Shown here: positions 41,623 to 54,926 of the stretch, in pieces | How positions within the stretch are numbered: the stretch's first letter is position 1 | How the letters are laid out: each line of letters starts with the position of its first letter | From: Octopus vulgaris | Lineage: Eukaryota | Assembly (NCBI GenBank): GCA_951406725.2 | Contig: OX597824.1 | Location: 78,616,001-78,680,000 of the forward strand | Reading direction: 5' to 3' | Length of the DNA stretch: 64,000 nt | Made by a program: the position numbers and the translations under genes | The notes under the pieces: model-generated | Seen by the model: only the letters and a program-made list of their open reading frames with translations | The model's database searches: none | What the model was told of the DNA's origin: nothing

Positions 41623-42604
41623 ATCTATGTATACATATATATATATAAAGTAACTATGTAACAAGGAAGTACAGGTATCAGTGCATTACGCCCGTTTCAT
41701 GCGGCTCCATTTAACCGATTAATGCAAATATTACATCAATTTGAAATAAACCTCTCTCCTCGGAAGCATACAACCATATAGATTTCCAACCTACAGGATA
41801 CTCCATTATAATTTTTTAACAAATTTTTCTTCAGTACTAGAGACTAAAATAATTGCTTTGTTTCTTTTTGTTATTATTGTAGCAGAATGAATTTAGGGAA
41901 AAATACCTAAAGTCTAGCAAATTATTTTATTTGCTAAAAAAATTTGAAGCCTAGGTATAACCTTTGAAATTGCTCTTAAATGTGGTTTTAGTCGTTTTGA
42001 CTGCTTCTTCTAGCGTGCAAAATTACCTATTAGTTAGTTTCTCTTGTGTTTAAATGTACGCTATTTTATATTGAGAATATATTGTCTATTGACATTTTAT
42101 ACATGCTAGTCCACTGGTAGTGAAATTTCTAAAAATATTCGCTACCCTATATATTTTACTATATGATTTTAGCATTTCGAAGATCAGTTCGGCATTTTTC
42201 ATTTACTGCCGACTGAAACTGCGCTTGCGCGGTGAATTAAAAAATTATAATATATAATGATGAGACGCGTGTTATTTGTCTCCAAATTATATGTTAATGC
42301 TATGGCGCGGTTACTGATGAGAATTTCGCCTAGCAAATTATTTTATTTGCCAAAAAGAATTTGAAATCTAGGTATAACCGTAAAAAAATAACAAGGTAAA
42401 AGTTTTTATTTTTCATTCCCTACGAAATTGCTCTTAAATGTGGTTTTGGTTGTTTTGACTGCTTCTTCTAGCGTATAAAATTACCTGTTATAGGTAATTT
42501 CTCTTGTGTTTAAATGTACATTATTTTATAAAATCTGCAATAATTTAGAATGACAGAAGAAAATAGTGGAGGGTCAAAAAAGAGGAACAGTGATATAACT
42601 ACAT

Positions 42605-42816
42605 TCGTCACGCCGGGTGAAATGCGTAGCCGTATTTCGTCTGCCGCTACGTTCTGAAGTTCAAATTCCGCCGAGGTCGACTTTGCCTTTCATCCTTTCG
42701 GGGTCGATAAATTAAGTACCAGTTACGCACTGGAGGTCAATGTAATCGACTTAATCCGTTTGTCTGTTCTTGTTTGTCCCCTCTGTGTTTAGCCCCTTGT
42801 GGGTAGTAAAGAAATA
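42605..42816 (+). mobile_element. SINE B, 5'-truncated, with 13-bp TSD
   Basis: gatataactacat at 42592-42604 and 42817-42829. Confidence 0.9.
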
Positions 42817-43485
42817 GATATAACTACATCCTTATCACATTCAAAAGACCCAATGCAGCAAGTAGTCTACATCCCCTAAGAATTAAAACCATTGGGAATT
42901 GACAGTTAAGTTCTTGTTGTTGGTGATAAATTAATTAATGTCAGATACTCTTCCCTAACCCTATTTTACTGTGACCATAAAATCAGCCATATCTAAATAA
43001 AAGAATGTGTCTCAGAAGATGCTAGCAAGATGCTGATAAATAGAGATGAGGTGATAATCAGAAAGGGCAGGGATGACATAACATCAACTAAAAGTAGCCT
43101 AAAATAAAATAAAAACAAAGGAGGTCACAATGAGATATAAGTGTTGGAATTAAACGTACAGGGAAAACTGTGCATCCAAACTTAGGAAAATTTATATATT
43201 AATAAAATAAAAATTCAGAAAATTATTTAAGGACCAAGTAAGAGAAGAAGGATAGATAAAACAATCTAAGCCATTAAAATGGGGTACTTTAAGATAAAAA
43301 AAGAAACCTCATAAGGCTTCTTCCCAGCATAATGTTAAGGTGTTAAGGTATATATGTATATCAGCCGAAATTGCTAGGATGATCCGGTTCTTGACTGAAG
43401 CTTGAAGGCTTCGAATGTCCCGTCCGTGTTTTTTGTATCGTCTTCTAAATGTTTTACGTTCTTGTCCCAGTTTGTATTTTTCCAC

Positions 43486-43562
<77 letters not shown>

Positions 43563-43564
43563 AT

Positions 43565-43713
43565 AGAAGGAGCTTCTACATGACTAGAACTGTTTCATTC
43601 AAATGAAATCTTCAGGAAGCTTCCTGAAGATTTCATTTGAATGAAACCGTTCTAGTCCTGTAGAAGCTCCTTCTTATTTACTGTGGTTAACCCCGACTCA
43701 ACCCGGGACTTAC
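43565..43713 (+). mobile_element. fold-back insertion (family P3) in (TA)n with hammerhead-like core
   Basis: 55-bp arms centred on AAGCTT (43617-43622), 2 mismatches; CTGAAGA-tttcatttgaat-GAAAC at 43624-43647; ~40-bp tail. Confidence 0.7.
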
Positions 43714-43744
<31 letters not shown>

Positions 43745-43828
43745 GATGGAGGTGGAAATAGCACAGATGTAAGTCTATGACATCTCAATTTAAGAGAGAA
43801 TTTAATAAAAATTATTTTAAATATCATA

Positions 43829-43969
43829 TTAGGTTGTCCCAAAAGTTCGTAAACACTTGCGAAAATTGAATTTTTACTCGCCAAGTACTAACAAAAACAA
43901 CAAAAATTATTCCTCAAAATAAAGAGCATTATTTTCCAAGACTTTCTACGAACTTTTGGGACAACCTTA
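43829..43969. mobile_element. 141-bp mariner-type MITE
   Basis: TIR aggttgtcccaaaagttcgta / tacgaacttttgggacaacct with TA flanks. Confidence 0.85.
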
Positions 43970-44158
43970 TATAAAGAAAATATTAACGGTTTCGATGTAT
44001 CTCATCTTATCAAATATAAGTTAAAATTTATAAAAAATTTGAAATAGAAACAGTTTACCTTCTGTCTGGGAGGTCAAGAACATGTCTGGAGATTTTTCTT
44101 TGAAGACTTCTTTACATATAGCTTGGTATAGAGTTCAAAGTGTTAGAGAGAGAGAGAG

Positions 44159-44200
<42 letters not shown>

Positions 44201-44407
44201 TGTGTGCGTATGCATCAATCTCTCTCTCTCTCTCTCTCTCTTACTTTCTTTCTTTCTCTGAGGATAGAAAACTCCATCTGTCTGGATATTTTGTTGTCCC
44301 TATTTTGTATCACCTAACTGTCTGGATGTTTTGCGTTCTTGTCCCGTTTTGTATTTTATATATATAAAATATAGCGGCGTATGTACACTTTGGTCTCTTA
44401 TATGTAA

Positions 44408-44517
<110 letters not shown>

Positions 44518-44529
44518 AAGGAGGGTTTA

Positions 44530-44600
<71 letters not shown>

Positions 44601-44604
<4 letters not shown>

Positions 44605-45266
44605 TTTGTACGACTCTATTATTCTTTGTATTCCTTCATTCTTTCCTTCTTCCTATCAGCCCTTTCACACTTCGTTCATTCCACTCTTCATTCTTTCGTT
44701 CCCCTTCTCTCACATTTCCTGGCCTTCCCTTCATGCTCACTTTCCCTCCTCTTTCACTTCCCTGTGTGTCTTTCATTTTTTCTCACCCCTCCTTAATTCT
44801 TCTATCTCTCCGCCTCTACCTCTCTCTCTTCTCTCCCTACGTGACCGATGTTCGGCCAGGCATGACCTTTCTTTCTTGGTTCGACTACTATCCGTGCAAC
44901 ATCTATATTCCTCCCTGTGACGGTTAAATCCTATGTCCCTGCTGTAAGGCTTTACTTCCACACACGCCAGCTTAATTTAATTCGTCATTAGTCGAAAGAC
45001 CCCTGTTGTTATGTCCTGGTAATTGCATGTGTATAACACATTTCCCTGTTTTTTTCCGTCCTTGTTTTCATACAATAATAATCTAATACTCTTAGCTTAT
45101 TTTTTTCCTAGGGGCTGGCCAGATTGGCGCAATCTCGAGTATGACCAGCCGAAATTGCAAAGATAATCTGGAACTCGACTGAGGATAGAAAACTCCGAAT
45201 GACCCGTCCGTGTTTTCCTTGTATCGTCTGTCTGGATGTTTTGCGTTCTTGTACCATTTTTGTATT
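44601..45266 (+). mobile_element. (TA)n-embedded element 3' end; shorter relatives at 43355-43490 and 44257-44357
   Basis: Shared terminus gatgttttgcgttcttgt(c/a)cc.tttt followed by (TA)n; variable 5' lengths. Confidence 0.6.
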
Positions 45267-45304
45267 ATATATATATATATACACACATATACATATACAT
45301 ATAT

Positions 45305-45372
<68 letters not shown>

Positions 45373-45373
45373 C

Positions 45374-45432
<59 letters not shown>

Positions 45433-45434
<2 letters not shown>

Positions 45435-46290
45435 CAAAGAAAAGAGAATCCACTGTATGGTGGAAGTCATAACTACTTATGATGAAGAGGAGTACGAGTA
45501 CTGGTAGAATGTCCCAGCGAAAACCTCAATAAAATGTGAACACAATAAACCTGACATACCTTTTGGGGATAAGAAGAGAAACTATACAGTTGTGGAAAAT
45601 CAGCTGCCCAACGTATGTTAACATAAAACTAAAGATGAGCGAAAAAGGAAATACCTTCACTGAACTATTGAAAAATTTGCAGTTACTCTATCCAGATCAC
45701 AAGTTCGGGTTTCTACCTGTAATCATTACTCTTTACTCTTTACTCTTTTGCTTGTTTCAGTCATTTGACTGCGGCCATGCTAGAGCACCGCCTTTAATCG
45801 AGCAACTCGACCCCGGAACTTATTCTTTTTGTAAGCCCAGTACTTATCCTATCGGTCTCTTTTGCCGAACCGCTAAGTAACGGGGACATAAACACACCAG
45901 CATCGGTTGTCAAGCAATGCTAGGGGAACCAACACAGACACACAAACACACACACACATATATATATACATATATACGACGGGCTTCTTTCAGTTTCCGT
46001 CTACCAAATCCACTCACAAGGCTTTGGTCGGCCCGGGGCTATAGCAGAAGACACTTGCCCAAGATGCCACGCAGTGGGACTGAACCCGGAACCATGTGGT
46101 TGGTTAGCAAGCTACTTACCACACACCCACTCCTGCGCCTATTGGGACACTAAGATATGTAACACACTGCTTAAATACCAATCTTGAGAAATTAGGCTCC
46201 TCAAAACCAGAAATGAGAAAGCTGATTCGAAGACTATGGATCCAACCCATTAGAACAAAAGAATCGTTAAAACTTCTCAAAAATTTATCA
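45433..46290 (+). pseudogene. RLE-nuclease remnant of a second R4-like family, split by SINE A (45728-46140, minus)
   Basis: EYW*NVPAKTSIKCEHNKPDI...ISCP...EK...FLPVII [SINE] GTLRYV reads on across the insertion. Confidence 0.7.
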
Positions 46291-46300
46291 TTTAAGTACG

Positions 46301-46651
46301 TATGAGCATGTCTAGATATGCAACTATATGCGTGAGAATACATACATAAAACAAAACATAAAAATTTGCACATACACATACATACATACATACATACATA
46401 CATACATACATACATACATACATACATACATACACATACACACACATACATGCATACAAAAAATGCCCTGTTGATATTGTTAAAACACCAATGAAGAAAC
46501 CTTAGATCTAGATTAGAAACCGGCTCTTTCTCTATTAGCAAGAAATCTTGAAATAAATCTAAATAATGACATACATACATACATACATACATATATATGT
46601 ACGTACGTGCGTATACATATATATGTAGAATAAGACAAACAAACGCTTGAT

Positions 46652-46749
<98 letters not shown>

Positions 46750-46953
46750 CCAAGGTGTCTTCACAGGAATTTCAACATCAACAGGGCATTTTTCTATGTG
46801 TGTATGTATGTAAGTATGTATGTATGTATGTATGTATGTATGTATGCATGTATGTATGTATGTATGTATGTATGTATGTATGTGTGCAGATTTGTATGTT
46901 TTGTTTTATGTAGGTATTCTCACGCATATAGTTGCATATCTATACATGCTCAT
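46301..46953. repeat. ~205-bp imperfect inverted repeat pair in ATAC/AGAT microsatellite context
   Basis: 46301-46508 matches the reverse complement of 46746-46953 (atgagcatg...aatgccctgttgat...tgaaga.acctt.gatc). Confidence 0.8.
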
Positions 46954-47017
46954 GTATATTATAGATAGATGGAAAGATAGATACATGGAAAGATAGAGAG
47001 AGAGAGAGAGAGAGAAG

Positions 47018-47122
<105 letters not shown>

Positions 47123-47869
47123 GAGAAGTTGCGTAGGATCACGTCTATTCTAGGGCTAAGTATGTATAATTCACTGTCTGTTACAACCTTTAGTAATTAC
47201 TTTCCTAATATTTTCTCGTAAAACTTTTACTCAAAACCACAAATTACGGGAAGAAACAATAGATTAAATTTTAAGAATCGACAAGTTAACGTACCAATAG
47301 TAAATTGGTACTTTATTTTATCGTCGCACCAGAACGGTGAAAACCAAATTAATTAAACCAAAGGAACGATGAAAACCAAAGGAATTGTAAACTGTAAGAA
47401 TCTAATCCATAGAATTTTCTACAACTCACTGTTTCCACCGCGCACTCTACTGGCAGCTGTCAATATTTTATAGACATCTCAGACAAGAAGGTGAATAATA
47501 AACCACCGAAAACCTAAAATAGCTGTGGGCTGGAATTGGATTTGTATTCTGAATGGGACGTATTTAATTGATAAAGCTATCCACCACTGGCCGCTGTCAT
47601 AATATTTGTATATATGTATACGTACGTACATAATATTTGAAAATAGTTATGTAAATATATGATAAAAACGGCCAGTTTAAAAAGATTAATGGTAATGCAT
47701 GTGATGAGGGGTGCATGCAGCCATTCATAACCCCATTGTTGTATAATCATCTCATCATATTCATTCTATGTATTGTCCCCTTCTGTGGTGTCCTGTCTGT
47801 CCTTGTTTATCCCCCCTCTATTTTGGGTCCTTGTGGCTAATAAAGAAACCGTACATGGTTTCTTTCACC

Positions 47870-48278
47870 TCAGGAGTGGCTGTGTGGTAAGTAGCTTGCT
47901 TACCAACCACATGGTTCCGGGTTCAGTCCCACTGCGTGGCACCTTGGGCAAGTGTCTTCTGCTTTAGCCCCTGGTCGACCAATGCCTTGTGAGTGGATTT
48001 GGTAGACGGAAACTGAAAGAAGCCCGTCGTATATATGTATATATGTATATATATATGTGTGTATGCGTGTATGTTTGAGTGTCTGTGTCTGTGCCCCTAC
48101 CATTGCATGACAACCGATGCTGGTGTGTTGACGTCCCCGTCACCTAGCGGTTCGGCAAAAGAGACCGATAGAATAAGTACTAGGCTTACAAAGAATAAGT
48201 CCCGGAGTCGAGTTGCTCGACTAAAGGCGGTGCTCCAGCATGGCCGCAGTCAAATGACTGAAACAAGTAAAAGAGTAA
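47870..48278 (+). mobile_element. SINE A
   Basis: Full family layout. Confidence 0.9.
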
Positions 48279-48923
48279 TATTTGAAAACTGTTCTGGAAA
48301 GAAAGACGAATGATAAACCTAAAACAGCCGTGATCTGGAATTGAACTTGTGCTGTAAATGGCATGTATTTAATTCTTAACGCTAGCTGCCAGTTCCCGTT
48401 CCTACCACGTAATGTGCTAGTAGCTGTCATAATATTTAAAAGACATCTCAGACTCGGAGATGAATCATAAACCCACGTAAAACTTAAAACAACTACGCAT
48501 AGCGTAGGTGGTGAGGAGAAAATGCAAAAGGAGATATATAGATAAAGAAATCAAAAGTTCTGTCATTTCAATAGAAAGAGATAAAAGAAAACTAACATTT
48601 TAGAAAGGAAGACACACAGAAATGATGTCTCTGTAATAGAACAAAAATCAACTGAACAGCCTTTGTCACAGAAACAGGATTAAGACAAGATTCCTCGGCA
48701 TTGAATTGACACAGCGGATTAAACTTCAGAGATGTAAATGCTTCTTAAAATCGTAATGAACTATTTGAAAGAAATCCAAAAAAATATTTTCTTTCTGTAA
48801 AACTACATCAGACGTTGTTGCTTTTGTTCTTCTTCCAGAAGTGCACTTCACAACTGCAGTGGTTGTTTTCGTGGTTCGATACCACTGTGCAGAATCGCCT
48901 TTTCATACCACCCACTTCTATAC

Positions 48924-49343
48924 ACTCTTTACTCTTTTACTCTTTTACTTGTTTCAGTCATTTGACTGAGGCCAAGCTGGAGCACCGCCTTTAATCCAGC
49001 AACTCGACCCCGGAACTTATTCTTTTGTAAGCCCAGTACTTATTCTATCGGTCTCTTTTGCCAAACCGCTAAGTAACGGGGACATAAACACACCAGCATC
49101 GGTTGTCAAGCAATGCTACGGAGACAAACACAGACACACAAACACACACACGCATATATATATATAAATATACATATATACGACGGGCTTCTTTCAGTTT
49201 CCGTCTACCAAATCCACTCACAAGGCTTTGGTCAGCCCGAGGCTATAGTAAGAGACACTTGCCCAAGGTGCAAGGCAGTGGGACTGAACCCGGAACCATG
49301 TGGTTGGTAAACAAGCTACTTACCACATAGCCACTCCTGCGCC
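48924..49343 (-). mobile_element. SINE A
   Basis: Full family layout. Confidence 0.9.
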
Positions 49344-49456
49344 TATATCTGACTGTTTATTTTACTAACAAGGAAGAAAACGAATGGCAAAGTCGACGGC
49401 AGGATTTGAACTCAGACAGTTAAAAACCGAAACAAGTACCACAAGGTATTTTACCA

Positions 49457-49912
49457 GGCGTAGGAGTGGCTGTATGATAAGTGGCTTGCTTACAAGCCAC
49501 ATGGTTCCGGGTTCAGTCATACAGCGTGGCACCTTGGGCAAGTGTCCTCTACTATAGCTTCGGGCCAACCAAAGCTATGTGAGTGGATTTGGTAGACGGA
49601 AACTGAAAGAAGCCCGTCGTATATATGTGTATATATATGTGTGTGCGTGTGTATGTGTGTGTGTGTGTGCGTGTGTGTGTGTATGTGTGTGTATGTTTGT
49701 GTGTCTATATTTGTCTCCACAACATCGCTTGACAACCGATTTTGATGTGTTTACGTCCCCGTAACTTAGCGGTTCGGAAAAAAGAGACCGATAGAGTAAG
49801 TACTAGGCTTACAAAGAATAAGTCCTGGGGTCGATTTGCTCGACTAAATGCGGTACTCCAGCATGGCCACAGTAAAATGACTGAAACAAGTAAAAGAGTA
49901 AAGAGTAAAGAG
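49457..49912 (+). mobile_element. SINE A nested in a decayed minus-strand SINE B
   Basis: Host halves ggcaaagtcgac...ttgaactcag (~49388) and gattctgccagctcgcc (~49923) flank it. Confidence 0.85.
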
Positions 49913-50199
49913 TCGTTCTAATGATTCTGCCAGCTCGCCAAATACAAGGCCATAGAATTTTGGTGAGATGGAACAATCTGTTACATGAACTCCGGCTTAC
50001 GACAGCAAATTTAGTTTATCAATATCAGTCGCAGGTGTGGCTGGGTAGATATACGTTTGTTTCTCAACCACATGGTTCCGGGTTCAGTCCCACTCTGTGA
50101 CACCTTGGGCAAATTACTTCAACAATAACCTCGGGCCGACCAAAGACTTGTGAGTGGATTTGGTTGATGGAGACACAGAGAAGTATGTCCTGTGTGCGC

Positions 50200-50308
<109 letters not shown>

Positions 50309-50391
50309 TGTGTGTACGCCAAAGAAACCGGGAATCCAGGCCTATGCCCTGGATTCCCGGAATAAGGTAAACTAACACCTATGTTTAGAAC

Positions 50392-50687
50392 CTGATTGAG
50401 ACGAAGACTGAATGACATTCTCCTATTACCATAGCATCACTGAAAGCTGCAATTGTCCAAATAATGTTCGAAATGAACAAGGACCATTTAGTGCGAGTAT
50501 GTCAACCATTCTGGTTCTGCGCTGAAGCAGTCAAAAAAGCGGAAGGCGAGTTGATAAGAATAAACTTATCGAACACATATTTATTAAATCTAGCAAAAAT
50601 CAAATGTAATTTATTAAACCACACTTGGTTTCTGCTAGATTAGAGTTTTGTTTCATCAAATTATTAAATGTCCTTTTCACATCCTGT
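50392..50687 (+). pseudogene. Tc1/mariner (maT-like) transposase C-terminal remnant
   Basis: LIETKTE*HSPITIASLKAAIVQIMFEMNKDHLVRVCQPF...EAVKKAEGEL resembles the SLKAAI...RAC..F..R.EAV..AEG terminus. Confidence 0.6.
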
Positions 50688-50811
50688 GAACGTATCCGTG
50701 TGTCCAGGTGGAGGTATGCGTACATACAGCATATATATGTGAGTGTGTGTGTGTGGGTGTGGGTGTGGGTGTAAATAATAAGGGGTTTGTATGATTGTGT
50801 ATAGAGGGATA

Positions 50812-51161
50812 TATATTATTCAAAGGAATTCTAACTCTATCCGTTTTTTATATTTTATTTATATTCTTTATAATATTAATGTAGAATATAGAATATATAG
50901 TATAAATAGTATATATAGTAAAATGAAACACTCCTGTCACAACCTGGGACCTTGAAGACTGCTATAATGCAAGAAAGTTTACTAGTCCCTTGATATTTGA
51001 TATTCAATATTTCATCTATTCAATAAGACAATCAATATTTCATTTCATTTTACTATATATATATTATTTATACTATATATTCTATATTCTACATTAATAT
51101 TATAAAGAATATAAATAAAACATAAAAAGCAGACAGAGTTGGAATTCCTTTGAATAATATA
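50812..51161 (+). mobile_element. fold-back pLTR insertion (family P4), related to the 3' end of the 14785-16170 PLE
   Basis: ~117-bp inverted arms 50812-50928 and 51043-51161; spacer holds gggac-CTTGAAGA-ctgc...gcaa-GAAA-gtttac-TA-gtccc; end aaataaaac...cagaca...gttggaattc shared with 16125-16165. Confidence 0.75.
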
Positions 51162-51162
51162 C

Positions 51163-51241
<79 letters not shown>

Positions 51242-51974
51242 TTACGTATTCACAAAAACGCATACTCATGTGTGAGCGTGCGTGCGCATTCACGTGGTTT
51301 TGGGGTTTTTATTCACAGTGAAATTTTATTAAAGTTAAATTACAAATTACTCGATATGGAAATGAGATGAATTCATTGGTGAAGGCAGGATTCCATTGTT
51401 GCAAATAAGGTAAATGCGTCCATTAAAAGTGCATGTACACATGTGCGTGAACAAGCGTGTGTGAGTGATGATGGAAAAGTGCGAACAGCTTCCCTTTCCA
51501 GTATGCTATATTACAAATTAAACTCGAACATAGTTGCATTTATAATATTACAATATATACATGTACTTGTGCATGTATATGTGTATGTGTTTGTATGTGT
51601 GAAAACTATTTACTGTTCTCTCTACTCATGCGTGTGCACGCGTACACGCACACGAACGCACGAAGACGCGCAGGCAAAGCGGAGTTCTTACATACAGATA
51701 ATTGAATATATATCTATATCTTACATATAACGAGTAGCAATACGTCAAAAGGCGTAAAATAGATACGAACAGATTAGTGTTCACACTAGATAGAATATCT
51801 AAAATCCAACATAATTTCATGGAAGATGTTGTCCAGATAAACAAGAGTTGGATAAAGGAAATATATCGGTCGAGCAAATGAAAATAAAATAAAATAGAAG
51901 AAAAACGGATTGGTGGTTGTTATCAGCATCAAAGCATATGTAGATTAGTTATATACATGAGTGTATAAATATAA

Positions 51975-52250
51975 TCTATATATATAAAGCTGAAGTTGTC
52001 TGTGTGTGTGTGGCAGGTTTGGTAGCCTTCAACTCACACTATCTCCTCCGCGACCCTTCGGCGCAATTTGACCAAAATTGAGAGTATGATAGAAGAAGGC
52101 TTGCTCTTCATTCCGTAGAAGAAAAAATTCAAATCGGACCATGTTAAAACCAAAACTTATTTACACCAAAATGGTGCTTTTTTCTATGAAAATCCCTATT
52201 TTTTACGATTTTTTTACTGCTGTCTCGCCATTTTTCGGTGTATTTCCTCA
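51975..52250 (+). mobile_element. possible non-autonomous Helitron 5' part
   Basis: A|TCTATATATATAAAG start followed by gtctgtgtgtg, typical of Helitron-N 5' ends; no clear CTRR 3' end seen. Confidence 0.4.
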
Positions 52251-52762
52251 GGGAAACATGTCACGCAGTATACCAAAAGGAAGACAAAAGGTTGCATTAC
52301 ACGTCAGGCCCTGATCAAAAGCGCACAAGGCAGGCGGAAAAGAGGACGCCATTAAAATAGCTGGACGCAGATCTGAAAAAAATAGAGCTCCAATTGGAGA
52401 GAAGCCAAAAAGAGAGCCACAGTTGAGAACAATGGAGTAAAAGTTGTAGATATCCTATGCTCTACCGGAACCGAAAAGCTTAAGCAAAACATTTTACATA
52501 TATTTGCCTACCCGTATACATATGTATATTTGCCTACCCGTATACATATATGTCAGGTAAATTCTCAATATTTTCTTTGTATATTTGTGCTGCTTTCTTT
52601 AAGATTGCTTTAGTGACATAATGCAATAATTATATAAAGTCATAACATCAACAACCTAATGAGGGATTGTACACTTTCAACAGTTAAAATCTCTATTTTA
52701 GATAAAATATAAAGGCACTGCCTAAGTTCATGTTTATCTATCTATCTATCTATCTATCTATA

Positions 52763-52793
<31 letters not shown>

Positions 52794-52847
52794 CATACAT
52801 ACATACAAACATACATACATACATACATACATACATACATACATACA

Positions 52848-52879
<32 letters not shown>

Positions 52880-53982
52880 CATATATACATACATATATAT
52901 GTATATATATACACATATATAGATATGTATTATAATTGCACTATCTATTGTGTTGTTCATTATCTTTTGGCGTTATTTTTGACGTAATCATTATTGTTGC
53001 TGTTGTTGGTGGTGGTGGAGATAGTGGTGGTGGTGGTGGTGGTGATGGTGATGGTGATGGTGCCGCTGTCGCTGCTGCTGCTGCTGTTGCCGTTGCTACT
53101 GTTGTTAACGTTTTATTATTTATTGATGGTTTTCTTTTTGTTTTCTTATTGCTTGCTGTTGTAGGTTTTCGTATTTCCTTTTATGTGTATTCGGATGCTG
53201 CGGCTGCTGCTGCTGTTGCGGCTGCTGTTGCGGCTGCTGCAGATGTTCCTGCTGCTGCTCATGGTGGTGTTGCTGTTGTTGATTTTTGCTTTCTGTTATT
53301 TACCCTTGCTCTACTTCTCATTCTCCTCATTCCGATATCCAAGTGGTTGGCTCAAATTGAGACAGAGGGTCAGATAGAATCGCCTACACGATATTCTCGT
53401 AGCGTTCTACGTTCAAATATCACCTGTGATAATATACATTGCGTTCGCCTGTCTGGGACACCCGGTGTTATTTAACAACAGGCGTCGTGCAGGGACCTTT
53501 CCAAGGGCGTAACCCCACAATAAACTGGCGTATAAACAAAGCACATACACTATGTATGTGCGACCGATAATGTTTACATTATCAGACCTCCTTTTATTTC
53601 GGATATTTAATTTTGTTTTTCATATGCTACGCCGAAGAACACCAGCAAATAGACTTCACACTATTTGCATAGATATTCTAGACCGGTGATTCAATTCGTT
53701 TCCAGGTCAGTCACGTAAATAGTACTGAATTTTACGGAAATTAACGAACTCCGGATGATGAAATCACATTCAGTTAAAAATACTTCTAAATGATTAAAAT
53801 ATTGTGTACGTCAAAAAGTCGACATTTTTTTCTTAGAGAGCGCAAAGACAGTGTGTGTGTGTATGTTACAGATAGCGGACGTGTATTTATATTCATTTTT
53901 TACGCCATGACATTCATTATATGTATGTGTATTCTGTATATGTGTATGTGTGTTGACGACACGGAAGAGATGTTTTTGTTTT

Positions 53983-54360
53983 CGTGTGATGAGGCCCATG
54001 AACAGAAGCGTACCAGATTTGAGACCCTTCTGCAGGATTGCAGGGAGAAGTAATGGTTGGTATGGCTTTTCCCTGTCGAGGCTGACTGTAGTGGATTACT
54101 TGTTCAGTCGGCATGGAGGATGCTTACGGGCATTGGAATGAGAGGTAAGGAGTGAAGTGTGGCTGTACATAGGATGGGAGAGGCAGCTGAAACTGCCCCT
54201 TGTTGGCTTTGGAGTAAGAGAGAAGAATTAAGCTGGAAGCCAGGAGATGAGAAGCAGTGACTTCGGCACTTCTGCTGACCCACCAACGGAAGGGTGTTAC
54301 GGTTCAGGATCGAAACACCCGATGAACGTTGGCTAACTAAGGCTCCATTCACTTCGATGA
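53983..54360 (+). pseudogene. HERO/NeSL-like RLE retrotransposon 3' end
   Basis: DEAHEQKRTRFETLLQDCREK...FPVEADCSG...GIGMRG...EAAETAPCWLWSKRE with a frameshift, then a structured 3' UTR. Confidence 0.7.
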
Positions 54361-54414
54361 ATGGATAAAACACCTCCTTATAGGCGTTATTAACATAACA
54401 TATGTATGTATGTG

Positions 54415-54695
54415 TGGAGGCGCAATGGCCCAGTGATTAGGGCAGCGAACTCACGATCTTAGGTTTCGATTCCCAGACCGGGCGTTGTGTGTGTTTATTG
54501 AGAGAAAACACCTAAAAAGCTCCACGAGGCTCCAGCAGGGAGGGTGATCCCTGCTGTACTCCTTCACCACTCTTTCTCTCATTCTTTCTTCTGTTGGCCT
54601 GCTCTCTTAGCCAGCGGGGTGGCGTCATTCGAAGGCTAAAACAATGCGAACGCATTGTGACCAGTGATGGTCTGGTCGGTCAGGTGATCACGTGA
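54415..54695 (+). mobile_element. SINE C head with an alternative 3' region, in (GTAT)n
   Basis: Head and body match 25940-25770, then diverge to ttggcctgctctcttagccagcgg...gtgatcacgtgat. Confidence 0.8.
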
Positions 54696-54883
54696 TGTAT
54701 GTATGTATGTATGTATGTATGTATGTATGTATGTATGTATGTCAGTTCGGCAAAAAGTACCCGCAGAAAAAAAAGAAGTAGGGTTGATTTGTGCGAATAA
54801 AACGTCTTATGAGGGTAATATACCCTATCTTTCTGCTGTTTTCACGGGGCTATACTGCGTTCAAAATATTACTTTCTTGTTTG

Positions 54884-54925
<42 letters not shown>

Positions 54926-54926
54926 C

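Noticed and set aside
52936-53475. 179-aa Gly/Ala-rich membrane-like ORF
   Set aside because: Built from GGT/GCT/GTT repeats; no splice or domain evidence
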